Virus record (IMG/VR): IMGVR_UViG_3300021256_000061
Strand: one strand, 5' to 3'
DNA: 59,038 nucleotides
Origin: a virus
Taxonomy: Duplodnaviria; Heunggongvirae; Uroviricota; Caudoviricetes
The position numbers were made by a program, and so were the translations under genes. Positions within the stretch are counted from its first letter, which is position 1, and every line of letters begins with the position of its first letter. Shown piece after piece: positions 1 through 9,410 of the stretch. The notes beneath the pieces were generated by a model. It did not search any database. It saw nothing but the letters and a program-made list of their open reading frames with translations, and was not told where the DNA came from.

Positions 1-124
1 TCCGATCTGAAACAGCCAAAGAACTTCTTTTGAGAGACGTCGATACGGACACCGCTGTAAAATTAGCCATAACACTTGCGGGGAAACTCAAAGAATCGGG
101 TGTATAATCTAACATTATATTAGC

Positions 125-664
125 ATGAAAAATTTCCCCGTTCAAAAAGACGGTAAAGAATATTGGGTCAGCCGCTCAGTGGCGATAGCGGTTTCCTTGT
201 ATACCTATATCAACTCTGACCTTTGCATTTTAGCAAACAAGCGAGGCAAGGGCTTGCCTAATCACGCGGGGCAGTGGAATGTTGTAAGCGGTTATCTCGA
301 TTACGATGAAACACTTCGCGAAGCGTGTAATAGGGAAGTGTTTGAAGAAACAGGCGTCGATATTTCCGACCTTAAACTCTATCAGAAAGACATTGAAGAT
401 AGCCCCAACAGGGAAAACCAAGTAATACTGTTTAGATATGCTGGTTTCCTTCTAAACTGGAACGAAATCACACTAACCACAGAAAACGCAGAGCCCGATG
501 AGGTTGAGGAAGTCAAATGGATACCGCTTAAAGACCTGGATTTATATGAGTGGACAAGTGAAGAACACAAAAAAAAGATAATTGATTACGGTGAATTCAT
601 AAAGGGGGCGGATACATACGCCGCAACATTAACGACTGTTTTTAAAGATTATGAAAAAAATTAA
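125..664 (+). CDS. NUDIX hydrolase
   Basis: Nudix box GYLDYDETLREACNREVFEETG; C-terminal EVEEVKWIP. Confidence 0.9.
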   Translation: MKNFPVQKDGKEYWVSRSVAIAVSLYTYINSDLCILANKRGKGLPNHAGQWNVVSGYLDYDETLREACNREVFEETGVDISDLKLYQKDIEDSPNRENQVILFRYAGFLLNWNEITLTTENAEPDEVEEVKWIPLKDLDLYEWTSEEHKKKIIDYGEFIKGADTYAATLTTVFKDYEKN

Positions 665-1142
665 AATTAAAGATACAGAGCTTCTAGTACGAGATGAAAT
701 GGAACCCCTTGCAATGTTTGGGGTTGAAACTGGTCCTGGCTGGCACCCAGTTATAAAGAAAGTACTAGACAAGATAAGCCAGTATAACCAAGATTCGCCA
801 GAAGATAGTAGAATTTTCGTTGACCAAGTAAAAGAGAAATTTGGAACTCTTAGGATTTACGTTACGTATGATAACGTACCCAAAGAGACAATAAAAGATA
901 TAAACGCTGCTATTTCAGAAGCGGAAAATGAAGCAAGAGACACTTGCGAGTTCTGTGGTACCAAAGAAAATGTTGGAATAAGAATTAAAGGATGGTATAC
1001 CACCATGTGTGAAAAGTGTGCCAGGAAAGAGGTTGAAAAGCACAAAAAACAAGGCCTTTACTATAAAGATGGAATTACGTGGAGACGCAATAGTGACGGA
1101 AAGGTATTTTTAATAACAGATAAAGAAACAAAAGAACTATGA
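651..1142 (+). CDS. conserved phage hypothetical protein with CxxC pairs
   Basis: QVKEKFGTLRIY motif, CEFCG and CEKC; overlaps neighbours. Confidence 0.75.
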   Translation: MKKIKIKDTELLVRDEMEPLAMFGVETGPGWHPVIKKVLDKISQYNQDSPEDSRIFVDQVKEKFGTLRIYVTYDNVPKETIKDINAAISEAENEARDTCEFCGTKENVGIRIKGWYTTMCEKCARKEVEKHKKQGLYYKDGITWRRNSDGKVFLITDKETKEL

Positions 1143-1780
1143 GTACAAGAGCACATATCACAATTATTGGCAACGAAGAGACACTCCACATGAGTCACCA
1201 CTGTGATGGTTATCCAAGCGGTGTTGGTTCAGATTTGGTCCGTCTCCTTAAAAAATTCAATAAAAAGAATTGGGAGCCCCGAGAAGTACGGGATTATATT
1301 TGCGAAGAAGATGATGAATTTCATTCCGTAGAATCGGGACTACGGTGGGACCAGGAGTATCTCTATGTAATCGATTGCCGTAACCATACTCTTTCTGGGT
1401 ACTATAAAGGTATTAGTAACCCAGGCGAGGACCTGAGTGACTATAATGACGGATACGGCGATAAACTATTCATTGATGACAACATCTTTGATGGAAGGAA
1501 TGTATACTCAACAGAAAAGAATGAAACTAAAGAAAAGGGTGATTTTTGGGGTATTTTCAAAGGGGCTGGTTATACCCCCCTTGGTTCACCAGTAGCACGT
1601 GGTTATGGTAAAAGCGTAAGCATTGACTGGGACAATTATTATGCTGACTTAGCCAAAGAAGTGTTCCATGTCATGCTTGACAACATGGGGGACACTGAAG
1701 AGGTGGACACTGTTATCGCTCACACTCTTAAGGTATCCGATAAATTCATGTCAGAACTTAAAAAGCACATCAATGAATAA
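1139..1780 (+). CDS. phage hypothetical protein (MSTRA...HxDGYP type)
   Basis: MSTRAHI...HHCDGYPSGVG; ATGA coupling. Confidence 0.75.
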   Translation: MSTRAHITIIGNEETLHMSHHCDGYPSGVGSDLVRLLKKFNKKNWEPREVRDYICEEDDEFHSVESGLRWDQEYLYVIDCRNHTLSGYYKGISNPGEDLSDYNDGYGDKLFIDDNIFDGRNVYSTEKNETKEKGDFWGIFKGAGYTPLGSPVARGYGKSVSIDWDNYYADLAKEVFHVMLDNMGDTEEVDTVIAHTLKVSDKFMSELKKHINE

Positions 1781-2165
1781 GGAACCCAAATGGCTTTATC
1801 GCCTAGAATTCAAGGATAATACCTGTGGCCTATGGTATAATGGGAACGGTGGTTGGTGTTTTGAAGAGGGGATTGGGGCTCTTGATGATACCTGCAAAAC
1901 CAAAACGTTACCAATGGACTATGACCCTCGCTACAAGGCAGACGGGAGAGATTGGTTTTCTTCTTGTTCTCACAAGGAGGATTTAATGCACTGGTATTCC
2001 AAAGAAGATGCAAGACGACTTATTGAGAACGGTTTTGTGTTTACTAGATACTTAGCTACAGAATATACCGAGTATCCTCTGGAAACAGTTTTTATTAAAG
2101 AGACATGTTTAAAACGCGAAGTTATTGACTTTTTTAGCCTTTTCAATCATGAGGACCAAAAGTGA
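1773..2165 (+). CDS. hypothetical protein
   Basis: Start reassigned to ATG 1773 (MNKEPKW) overlapping upstream stop. Confidence 0.7.
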   Translation: MNKEPKWLYRLEFKDNTCGLWYNGNGGWCFEEGIGALDDTCKTKTLPMDYDPRYKADGRDWFSSCSHKEDLMHWYSKEDARRLIENGFVFTRYLATEYTEYPLETVFIKETCLKREVIDFFSLFNHEDQK

Positions 2166-2583
2166 GATATTTAAGGAATGTCAAAACTTATATCATACCA
2201 TAAACGGCGAACGCCTTATTCCACACGAATCTTATGTCGCCTTTAAGGAAAACGTAGAAAGCATTTTAACTTATACGGATGAAAACGACAAGTGGACCGA
2301 GCGTTGCCTGGGAACTGATGAGTGTGTTACTTATGTTTGCATTTTTGTTTTGTGCCATTGCTTAATAGCTGATTTGACCTTTTCGGAAAAAATTAAATCT
2401 CCAGAAAAATTTTATAACTTCGTAAGTAATTGGTTTATTGAACACCTAGACCATTACCAGATGTTAGTAGAAAGGGGATTTATAAATGAAAAAGATGCAG
2501 ACACTAAAGCTGGGGAAGATTGTGCAAAAGTAATTTATAATACATTAAAAAATAATGAAGAAGACAAGGATTTGGATAATTAA
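2149..2583 (+). CDS. hypothetical protein
   Basis: Start reassigned to ATG 2149 (MRTKSEIF). Confidence 0.65.
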   Translation: MRTKSEIFKECQNLYHTINGERLIPHESYVAFKENVESILTYTDENDKWTERCLGTDECVTYVCIFVLCHCLIADLTFSEKIKSPEKFYNFVSNWFIEHLDHYQMLVERGFINEKDADTKAGEDCAKVIYNTLKNNEEDKDLDN

Positions 2584-2602
2584 AACATTTTTCATATCTT
2601 TG
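2571..2602 (+). promoter_or_regulatory. Bacteroidetes housekeeping-sigma promoter
   Basis: TTTG-N20-TATCTTTG, 7 nt before ATG 2610. Confidence 0.65.
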
Positions 2603-2609
2603 CTTTGAC

Positions 2610-2786
2610 ATGATAGATTTAAGAAAAATAGTTTTTGTCCCAAAGACACCAACAGCAAACTGTTTTAGTGATGACACTCTCGTCTGCAGCGGGGCTGAGT
2701 ACGATGCCGTAAATGACCGTTATACTATAAATGTAACAAAGCAACGTTCATTGCGTGAAATTACGGTAAATTTTCAAATAAAATAA
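2610..2786 (+). CDS. small hypothetical protein (58 aa)
   Basis: ATG ORF MIDLRKIVFVP... filling the gap directly after a promoter. Confidence 0.5.
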   Translation: MIDLRKIVFVPKTPTANCFSDDTLVCSGAEYDAVNDRYTINVTKQRSLREITVNFQIK

Positions 2787-2798
2787 ATCTCTGAAGAC

Positions 2799-3056
2799 AT
2801 GAATAAAATAGTAGATAAAATAAAATCAGCCTACGAGAAGTTTAGGTCAAGCGTAATCTTCGAATCCCACGTTGAGGAAGGTGAAGTTTATGTTTTTGAG
2901 ATTCGTAAGGAAGATGTGTTATTTCTCGTTGATTTAGTCAAAGAAAAATTTAAAGGAAAACTTCCTGAAACTGATGAGCTTGAAGAAACTGAATCAATTT
3001 TCCATATGCTGAAAGCCGCCGAAAAACACATCAAGGAAAACGAAGTAAGCGCATGA
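2799..3056 (+). CDS. hypothetical protein
   Basis: Co-oriented ORF coupled to next gene. Confidence 0.7.
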   Translation: MNKIVDKIKSAYEKFRSSVIFESHVEEGEVYVFEIRKEDVLFLVDLVKEKFKGKLPETDELEETESIFHMLKAAEKHIKENEVSA

Positions 3057-3499
3057 GAAGAAATACCTTAACACAAATGGTAAACTATGAGTTAGCAAAG
3101 CTACTCAACAATAAGGTTTACCCATATGCAAGCGACTACTGCTATTATGCAGCTGGCCATGTCATCGTTACCTGGGACAACTACCTTGGAACCAAGGAAT
3201 ATGAAGAAGGCGATTTCATTGACGACGGCGACAACATTCACGGTGATAAAGTTATTATCCCGTCATACGCCGATGTACTTGACTGGCTCTGGATTGAGCA
3301 TCGCATCGTCGTAGAGCTCAAGCCCACCTTTACTTTTGCTCTCGAGGATAGAGTCGCCTACTATGTGAAAGCGTACCGTGTTGATGAAAAGGAAACGAGT
3401 ACACTCATTCCCGTCTTCGAGAATAAAATGGAAATGTATAGTTTTGAGCTTGCAATATACGAAATAACAAAGAAACTTTTAGAACAAAACATCATATGA
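3053..3499 (+). CDS. divergent family A paralog
   Basis: MVNYELAKLL / PSYADVLDWLWIEHRI / YSFELAIYEITKKLLEQNII parallel the three family A blocks. Confidence 0.65.
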   Translation: MRRNTLTQMVNYELAKLLNNKVYPYASDYCYYAAGHVIVTWDNYLGTKEYEEGDFIDDGDNIHGDKVIIPSYADVLDWLWIEHRIVVELKPTFTFALEDRVAYYVKAYRVDEKETSTLIPVFENKMEMYSFELAIYEITKKLLEQNII

Positions 3500-3849
3500 C
3501 GCATGAGGACATCATAAAAAAAGCATTTGAACTCTACCCCACCAAATGCTATACTGACATGGGCGGCTTCCCCGAGGATGAGAACGAGGAAGTTCGTAAT
3601 GCATATATTAAGGGTTGTGAAGACACCCTTAGGGCTAACAAGGGCAATAGCATTAAAATGCTTATTGCACCATTGAAAGATGGGCACCTGAGCCTTTCCC
3701 CAGAAAAACAGTATTACTGGAGTGACCTCAGCGGCAAATTCATATCTGCAGAGAATGATATTGTGTTAGAAAAGGCAGATACTCCAGATATCAAAATTGA
3801 ATGGGGAGACGAGCCAATCGAAGTTGAAGTTTTAATCGAAAAGAAATGA
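3496..3849 (+). CDS. hypothetical protein
   Basis: Coupled ORF; ends IEWGDEPIEVEV. Confidence 0.7.
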   Translation: MTHEDIIKKAFELYPTKCYTDMGGFPEDENEEVRNAYIKGCEDTLRANKGNSIKMLIAPLKDGHLSLSPEKQYYWSDLSGKFISAENDIVLEKADTPDIKIEWGDEPIEVEVLIEKK

Positions 3850-4505
3850 AAATACCTTTTGACATTAAGTATCGCCCGCAAATCGAAACGGGGGAGTATG
3901 AAGTAGAAACACAAGATGGTTTGCACTCAGTACGTATTATTTGCTGGGATGCAGCTGGGTCACAGCGAGATAATGACATAATTGGTCTTGAAAAAGGTAC
4001 GCTTGGAGCAGAGAATATTCAGAGATATGATGTAACAGGCCACCTTATTGCCGATAGCGCAAAAAGAGGTAATAAAGACCTTGTTCTTATTGGTAGTCCA
4101 ATCTTTGAATGCGGTGATAAGATATTTAACACCGCGTTCCCCAACATGTATGAAATTATTGATATATATTTAAACACAGACGGCAAGGCTGTATATAAAT
4201 ATAAAGACATTGATTCCAATGTGGAATTTTATCAATGCGCCCGCGAGGTTGAATCTTGGGCTGTTTTATGTTCTCCGTCAGTTGGAGAATTTCTCAATTC
4301 ATATGAAGAGCACGAAAAAGAGAATTTTAATAAAGCCCTTGAAAAATGGAGTGAGTCTGAAAAAGAAAAGTTCAATAAAATCTACAGCCTTCTTCGCCAA
4401 GCAGCCGACACACATGCATATAGTACAACCTGTAGGCTTATTGGAGACAAAGAATCTATTGAATTACAAGATTTTTTAAGGGACCTTGCTAAAATGAAGA
4501 AATAA
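3846..4505 (+). CDS. hypothetical protein
   Basis: 219 aa coupled ORF. Confidence 0.75.
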   Translation: MKIPFDIKYRPQIETGEYEVETQDGLHSVRIICWDAAGSQRDNDIIGLEKGTLGAENIQRYDVTGHLIADSAKRGNKDLVLIGSPIFECGDKIFNTAFPNMYEIIDIYLNTDGKAVYKYKDIDSNVEFYQCAREVESWAVLCSPSVGEFLNSYEEHEKENFNKALEKWSESEKEKFNKIYSLLRQAADTHAYSTTCRLIGDKESIELQDFLRDLAKMKK

Positions 4506-4506
4506 C

Positions 4507-4734
4507 ATGAAAAAGTTAATTAAAGTATTTGTGCTTTTAACAGCAGTTCTTGCTTTATCATCCTGTGCAGGTGGCATATCATATAAGATGAAAGTTAAAA
4601 AAGGTGATATAAGAACAACCGAAAGCGATGAGTATGTCCTAACTGAAGTTTGTACTGGTACCAATGGCTTTGGATATCCTTCATGGGAAAAGGTTTCCAT
4701 ACAAAAGAAGAACATGAGTATTGATTATGATTAA
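4507..4734 (+). CDS. small putative lipoprotein
   Basis: MKKLIKVFVLLTAVLALSS-C lipobox-type signal. Confidence 0.7.
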   Translation: MKKLIKVFVLLTAVLALSSCAGGISYKMKVKKGDIRTTESDEYVLTEVCTGTNGFGYPSWEKVSIQKKNMSIDYD

Positions 4735-4748
4735 AACGTCTGTCAAAA

Positions 4749-4765
4749 TTGGCATGATTTTTGCA
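4749..4765 (+). promoter_or_regulatory. sigma54-type -24/-12 promoter
   Basis: TTGGCATGATTTTTGCA; GG-N10-GC. Confidence 0.65.
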
Positions 4766-4806
4766 TAAATCAAAAGAAAAAAGTTTATACATTTGCAATG
4801 GACGGG

Positions 4807-4840
4807 ATTCATCCCACCACTAAAGTAGTGGGCTTTCTCC
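4807..4840 (+). repeat. solo IS200/IS605-type end hairpin
   Basis: attcatcccaccactaaagtagtgggctttctcc resembles the element-end hairpin at 17836-17870. Confidence 0.6.
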
Positions 4841-4865
4841 CGTATTTATCGTAAAAAAATAGATT

Positions 4866-5345
4866 ATGATTACAGAAGATTACGTCAGTTTCGAAACCGC
4901 CAAACTCTTGAAGGATAAGGGGTTTAAGGAGTGGTGCTATAAGTGCTATGGCACTGCTGTATATCATAAAGGTGTACCAATCAGTTTTGATGAAGAATGT
5001 GAACTGAAAGACGAAGGGCTTAAAGATGAAATTGAATATGTAGAAGGCGGGTATCTTTATGATATTGGGTGTGGCAATAGAAAGGAAGATGCAAATGTAT
5101 GGGCCGCTCCGACATTGTGGGTTGCAATAAAGTGGCTGATGAAGAATTATGGTATCCATATTACAGCTGTCCCCAACGGCATTGGAAAAAATGTGTTCTA
5201 TATGGGCATTTACAAAAAATATGATGATTATGGATGGATTTACATAAGTGATGGCCTTGATAAAAAATTTAAAGAAGCAGAATTTTATACACCAGAGGAA
5301 GCCTGCGAAGCTGCTATTAAGTATTGCCTTGAAAATTTGATTTAG
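4866..5345 (+). CDS. family A protein (MITEDYVSFETAKLLK...EAAIKYCLENLI)
   Basis: All three conserved blocks. Confidence 0.9.
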   Translation: MITEDYVSFETAKLLKDKGFKEWCYKCYGTAVYHKGVPISFDEECELKDEGLKDEIEYVEGGYLYDIGCGNRKEDANVWAAPTLWVAIKWLMKNYGIHITAVPNGIGKNVFYMGIYKKYDDYGWIYISDGLDKKFKEAEFYTPEEACEAAIKYCLENLI

Positions 5346-5346
5346 T

Positions 5347-5727
5347 ATGATAACAGAGGATTACGTTAGTTTTGAAACGGCAAAACTCCTGAAGGAAAAG
5401 GGGTTTGATGAAGAATCATGGTGTGTATACAATTTAGTATCTGAAAAATTCGCCAGAGAAATAGTAGACCAGAATTTTAGATATAATCACGGCTTACCTA
5501 ATTATGTTGCATCTGCTCCTACTCTCCAAATGGCCATGAAGTGGTTGAGAGAAGTACATAATATGCACATTGAAGTTAAATATTTTTTTGAGCCACACAT
5601 CTATAAGTACACTATTACTTATACCCCAGTTGCACTTGATAATATTAGTTCACATCCGCAATGTTTTAATACCTATGAAGAAGCCTGCGAAGCAGCGATT
5701 AAGTATTGCCTTGAAAATTTAATTTAA
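5347..5727 (+). CDS. family A protein
   Basis: All three conserved blocks. Confidence 0.9.
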   Translation: MITEDYVSFETAKLLKEKGFDEESWCVYNLVSEKFAREIVDQNFRYNHGLPNYVASAPTLQMAMKWLREVHNMHIEVKYFFEPHIYKYTITYTPVALDNISSHPQCFNTYEEACEAAIKYCLENLI

Positions 5728-5729
5728 TT

Positions 5730-6110
5730 ATGAATAAAGAAGAAAAACAAATATTATTGAAAGACCTTTGTGCAAGGTTGCCTTATGGAGTAATGTGTAC
5801 TGATTTACGACATGGCGACAGTAAAATAACTGAAATCGACATAAAAAGTGATTTGGTATATTGCGCTGATTTTGATGAATACGCAGAGATAGAATATTAC
5901 TGCAAACCATATCTTCGTCCAATGTCAAGTATGACTAAGGAAGAGAGGTTTGTATATGAACAACGCCTTCATGATGTCGGTAGAAGTATTAATGTTATAG
6001 ATGCCGATGATGTTGTATCACATATAGATTGGCTCCTTGCACATCATTTTGACTATCGTGGATTGATTGAAAAAGGCCTTGCTCTTGAAGCACCTGAAGG
6101 AATGTATTAA
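5730..6110 (+). CDS. family B protein (EEKQLLLKDLCARLPYG...YLRPMSSMT...LALEAPEGMY)
   Basis: All conserved blocks. Confidence 0.9.
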   Translation: MNKEEKQILLKDLCARLPYGVMCTDLRHGDSKITEIDIKSDLVYCADFDEYAEIEYYCKPYLRPMSSMTKEERFVYEQRLHDVGRSINVIDADDVVSHIDWLLAHHFDYRGLIEKGLALEAPEGMY

Positions 6111-6111
6111 T

Positions 6112-6345
6112 ATGTCTATATTTAAGAAGCTAAAATATTGGCTGTTTCCTTGCAAGCACAAGTGGGTGCAGGGTGCAGAATATTGGCATAACAAGACAGG
6201 CGCGAATTACGATTACCTCCTGCCAAACCCAATGAAGTACCACCCCGAATATCAATCCAATTGTTACGTCTGTGAAAAGTGCGGAGAGTCAATAGTAACG
6301 ATAGAAAAAATTAAAGCTCCTGAAGGAATGTATAAAATTGAATAG
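6112..6345 (+). CDS. hypothetical protein with family B tail
   Basis: CKHKW...CEKCG body; ends APEGMYKIE. Confidence 0.75.
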   Translation: MSIFKKLKYWLFPCKHKWVQGAEYWHNKTGANYDYLLPNPMKYHPEYQSNCYVCEKCGESIVTIEKIKAPEGMYKIE

Positions 6346-6356
6346 ATTATAAAGTT

Positions 6357-6602
6357 ATGGCTATAATTAAAACACTTGGTGACTTTCGACAATTAACCAA
6401 AGATTTGGATGACGATTTCGCCATTGAATTTCGTGTAAGAACAAGGGTTCCAGAGGAAGAACTAAAAAACCGAAGGTATCCTTATCCTTATGATACCGAA
6501 TACTTTGATGGATTTGAGTTCGATGATGTTGGATATAGTGATAAAGTGGCGTGCTTTGGGGTTACGTTGGAAGCTCCTGAAGGAATGTATAAAATTGAAT
6601 AG
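6357..6602 (+). CDS. hypothetical protein with family B tail
   Basis: Unrelated body; ends LEAPEGMYKIE. Confidence 0.75.
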   Translation: MAIIKTLGDFRQLTKDLDDDFAIEFRVRTRVPEEELKNRRYPYPYDTEYFDGFEFDDVGYSDKVACFGVTLEAPEGMYKIE

Positions 6603-6605
6603 AAT

Positions 6606-6818
6606 ATGCAAATTGAATTTATTTTATTTCTTATTATAATAGTTACGTGGATTCCAATGGGAATTCTTATTGATTATGTTGCAGATAAGTGCAATCTTCC
6701 CATGCAAGATGGTTTAAACCCAGCACCATGGGCACTCCTTGGATTAGTTTGGCCAATATCTTTATTCCCATTTCTTACATATTGCTTATGGCATAAATAT
6801 AGAAACAAAGTAGATTGA
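6606..6818 (+). CDS. small membrane protein
   Basis: Two hydrophobic segments. Confidence 0.7.
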   Translation: MQIEFILFLIIIVTWIPMGILIDYVADKCNLPMQDGLNPAPWALLGLVWPISLFPFLTYCLWHKYRNKVD

Positions 6819-6821
6819 CAT

Positions 6822-7250
6822 ATGATAACAGAAAATTACGTTAGTTTTGAAACCGCCAAACTCCTTAAAGAGAAGGGGTTTAATGAAAAATGTGAGGTGT
6901 GGTATGCTGAATACACGTCAGTGTGGGGTGGGGATTCTTCAGGAGATAGAAAATACATCAATATTCAATTTGATGATAAAAACAGATTTGATGAAGATTA
7001 TAAGTTTTTGTGCTACGCCCCAACCCTTCAAATAGCAATGAAGTGGCTGAGAGAAGAAAAACATTACTACATTCAAGTAATGCTTGATTCTTGGGCTTGT
7101 GGAGGACACTTGGGCTACTATGTTGTAATTCAGAGGACTGACTCAGATTTTGAAATGATGCTTCAAGAAGTTAGGGAAAAAGTTTTCTATGACACACCAG
7201 AAGAAGCTGCAGAAGATGCAATTATGTATATTGTTGAAAATTTAATTTAA
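6822..7250 (+). CDS. family A protein
   Basis: Conserved blocks; ends IVENLI. Confidence 0.9.
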   Translation: MITENYVSFETAKLLKEKGFNEKCEVWYAEYTSVWGGDSSGDRKYINIQFDDKNRFDEDYKFLCYAPTLQIAMKWLREEKHYYIQVMLDSWACGGHLGYYVVIQRTDSDFEMMLQEVREKVFYDTPEEAAEDAIMYIVENLI

Positions 7251-7252
7251 GT

Positions 7253-7462
7253 ATGAAAAAGACTATAATAACTTGCGACAGATGCGGTAAGAATCTGGAT
7301 TTGGATAATTACCACAACCACATCAAAATTGATTTATATTACTGGCACGGTGGAAGCATCGGCGGCGAAGAGGATAGAGACAAGTTTGATTTTGACCTGT
7401 GCGAATCCTGCGCCGAGAAACTATCAAATCTAATCGATAATTGGTTAAAAAATAAGAAATAA
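7253..7462 (+). CDS. small CxxC-pair protein
   Basis: CDRCG...DLCESC. Confidence 0.75.
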   Translation: MKKTIITCDRCGKNLDLDNYHNHIKIDLYYWHGGSIGGEEDRDKFDFDLCESCAEKLSNLIDNWLKNKK

Positions 7463-7465
7463 CAT

Positions 7466-7939
7466 ATGACTTACAATCCAGGGACAGGGAGTTACGAAGC
7501 AGAATTCCTCGAGAATATACTTGATACCGCTTATAAGTACGGCGTCCCTTACATCATTGACAGGGAAAAATACGAAGCCGTCATGAAGGAGTTTGAAAAA
7601 GAAGTGAGAATCAAGGACGCTAACGTCGTTGTATTCCACGCCGATTATAACAAAGACGAAGAAGACAACAGGGGTATTTACAGTTATGCGTTTTTTGCAT
7701 GGCCCAAGAATAGTCCCGAGGGAAGCGAAGACTTTTATGACTGTTCTCAATTTTGGGACTACGATTACGATTATAAGCACAAGGAGAAATTTGAAGAGTT
7801 TGTTCATGCAATTCTCGAAAGCGTAGTCGGTGTTGATGTTCCTACGGCAATGAACTTGCGCGATGAAAAGGTCAAGGAAGTCGGGCGTACCTTTGAGGAA
7901 CTTGACGAATTGGACAACATTATATTTTTCGGAAAGTGA
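7466..7939 (+). CDS. hypothetical protein
   Basis: Acidic 157 aa ORF. Confidence 0.7.
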   Translation: MTYNPGTGSYEAEFLENILDTAYKYGVPYIIDREKYEAVMKEFEKEVRIKDANVVVFHADYNKDEEDNRGIYSYAFFAWPKNSPEGSEDFYDCSQFWDYDYDYKHKEKFEEFVHAILESVVGVDVPTAMNLRDEKVKEVGRTFEELDELDNIIFFGK

Positions 7940-7943
7940 AAAA

Positions 7944-8339
7944 ATGAATAATATGATTAAAGAAATAGACGGACACACAATAGAAGTTTGCTATAGTGGA
8001 AGCGGAAGCATAGACCCGTGGTCAGGAGAATATGCAATAAAAGAAGGTGTAGCACTATGGGGCACAAGCGATATACGCTACTTCGCCCTTGTTGACGGGA
8101 GCCGTATTTATCGCCTCCAAGATAACTACGCCCAATTTATAGAATCTCTTGATGGTATTTCCTTCGAAGAATTAGAAAAACTTCTTTTAACTCAAGACAG
8201 TTTCGGCACGCTCGAAGAAAGGAAGAAAGATATTGACTGCCTCAAAATAGAGAACGATAAGATAAAGAAGATGACTCCCGAGGAAAAGCGGGCATATTTC
8301 GAGGAAAAAAGACGGAAGCGGCTCAAAATAAATTATTAA
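7944..8339 (+). CDS. hypothetical protein
   Basis: Start reassigned to ATG 7944. Confidence 0.65.
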   Translation: MNNMIKEIDGHTIEVCYSGSGSIDPWSGEYAIKEGVALWGTSDIRYFALVDGSRIYRLQDNYAQFIESLDGISFEELEKLLLTQDSFGTLEERKKDIDCLKIENDKIKKMTPEEKRAYFEEKRRKRLKINY

Positions 8340-8354
8340 TTGATAATAAATTAT

Positions 8355-9410
8355 ATGGATTACGAAAAGAAAAAAAGACTTGTTGAGCTTCGAGACAGCA
8401 TGAAATCCTACGGATACATGGACGGCGTTGAGGAGTTAGAGGACATCTTTCCTGAACTCAAGAAGAACGAGGACGAGAGGATAAGGAAATGGTTGTATGA
8501 CTATATAAGTAATTGTCCCAACAATAACTTTGCCTTCTACGGTGGGGTCGGTAAAGATGCAGTCTTGAACTACCTCGAAAAGCAGAAGCCCGCAGAATGG
8601 AGCGAGGAGGATGAAGATACCTTAGGAGATGCTATCAGTGCCGCTGACATACTTGGAAATGACGAATCCTTTAATAATGGCAATCCACACTTGGCAAAGG
8701 CATTCAGGGTAGCAAAAGACTGGCTCAAATCCCTCCCGCAAAGATTCAATCTTCAACCAAAGAATGAGTGGAGTGAGGATTACAGAGAAGAAGATTTACG
8801 TACACGATTTGCATTCTACACTTACAAAAACGAAGAAGATGATGATGTGCTATATCTTTCTAATGTCTTCGTAGAAGAAACAAGTCGAAACAAAGGCTTT
8901 GGCACAAAGATACTTATGGCAGCAGAAAAAGTTGCTGAAACTCTTGGTGCTACCAGGATTAGCTTGAAAGTGAAGCAGGACTCACCAGCAAATGCTTGGT
9001 ATCGTAAACACGGCTATGGTTATATAGCCTTTGAAGGTGACTATGATTGGCTCGAAAAAACTTTGGAGTATATGAAACCAGTTAAGTCAAAGTGGGGCGA
9101 GGAGGATGAAACAATGCTTGAAACCATTCTTTCAAGTTACAAATACCTGAGTGAGAGGTGGGTTCGCGGCGAATTTAGAATGGATTTGGGCACTCCGTCT
9201 CCGTCAGAGAGTGCAATAAAAGACAGTGAAGAAGAATTGAATTGGCTCAAATCATTACCAGAAAGATTCAATCCCCATCCAAAGCAAGAGTGGAGTGAGG
9301 AAGATGAGAAGATGCTTAAAGCTTTCCTGCATAAAGTAGAAGTATGTGACCTTCTGACAAATAAAGAAAATGTCTGGATACTTAAAAAACTCAAATCCCT
9401 TCATCCTTAA
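8355..9410 (+). CDS. family C (EWSEEDE-repeat) modular protein with internal GNAT acetyltransferase domain
   Basis: EWSEEDE/WLKSL repeats; GNAT motif A LSNVFVEETSRNKGFGTKIL and AWYRKHGY. Confidence 0.85.
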   Translation: MDYEKKKRLVELRDSMKSYGYMDGVEELEDIFPELKKNEDERIRKWLYDYISNCPNNNFAFYGGVGKDAVLNYLEKQKPAEWSEEDEDTLGDAISAADILGNDESFNNGNPHLAKAFRVAKDWLKSLPQRFNLQPKNEWSEDYREEDLRTRFAFYTYKNEEDDDVLYLSNVFVEETSRNKGFGTKILMAAEKVAETLGATRISLKVKQDSPANAWYRKHGYGYIAFEGDYDWLEKTLEYMKPVKSKWGEEDETMLETILSSYKYLSERWVRGEFRMDLGTPSPSESAIKDSEEELNWLKSLPERFNPHPKQEWSEEDEKMLKAFLHKVEVCDLLTNKENVWILKKLKSLHP

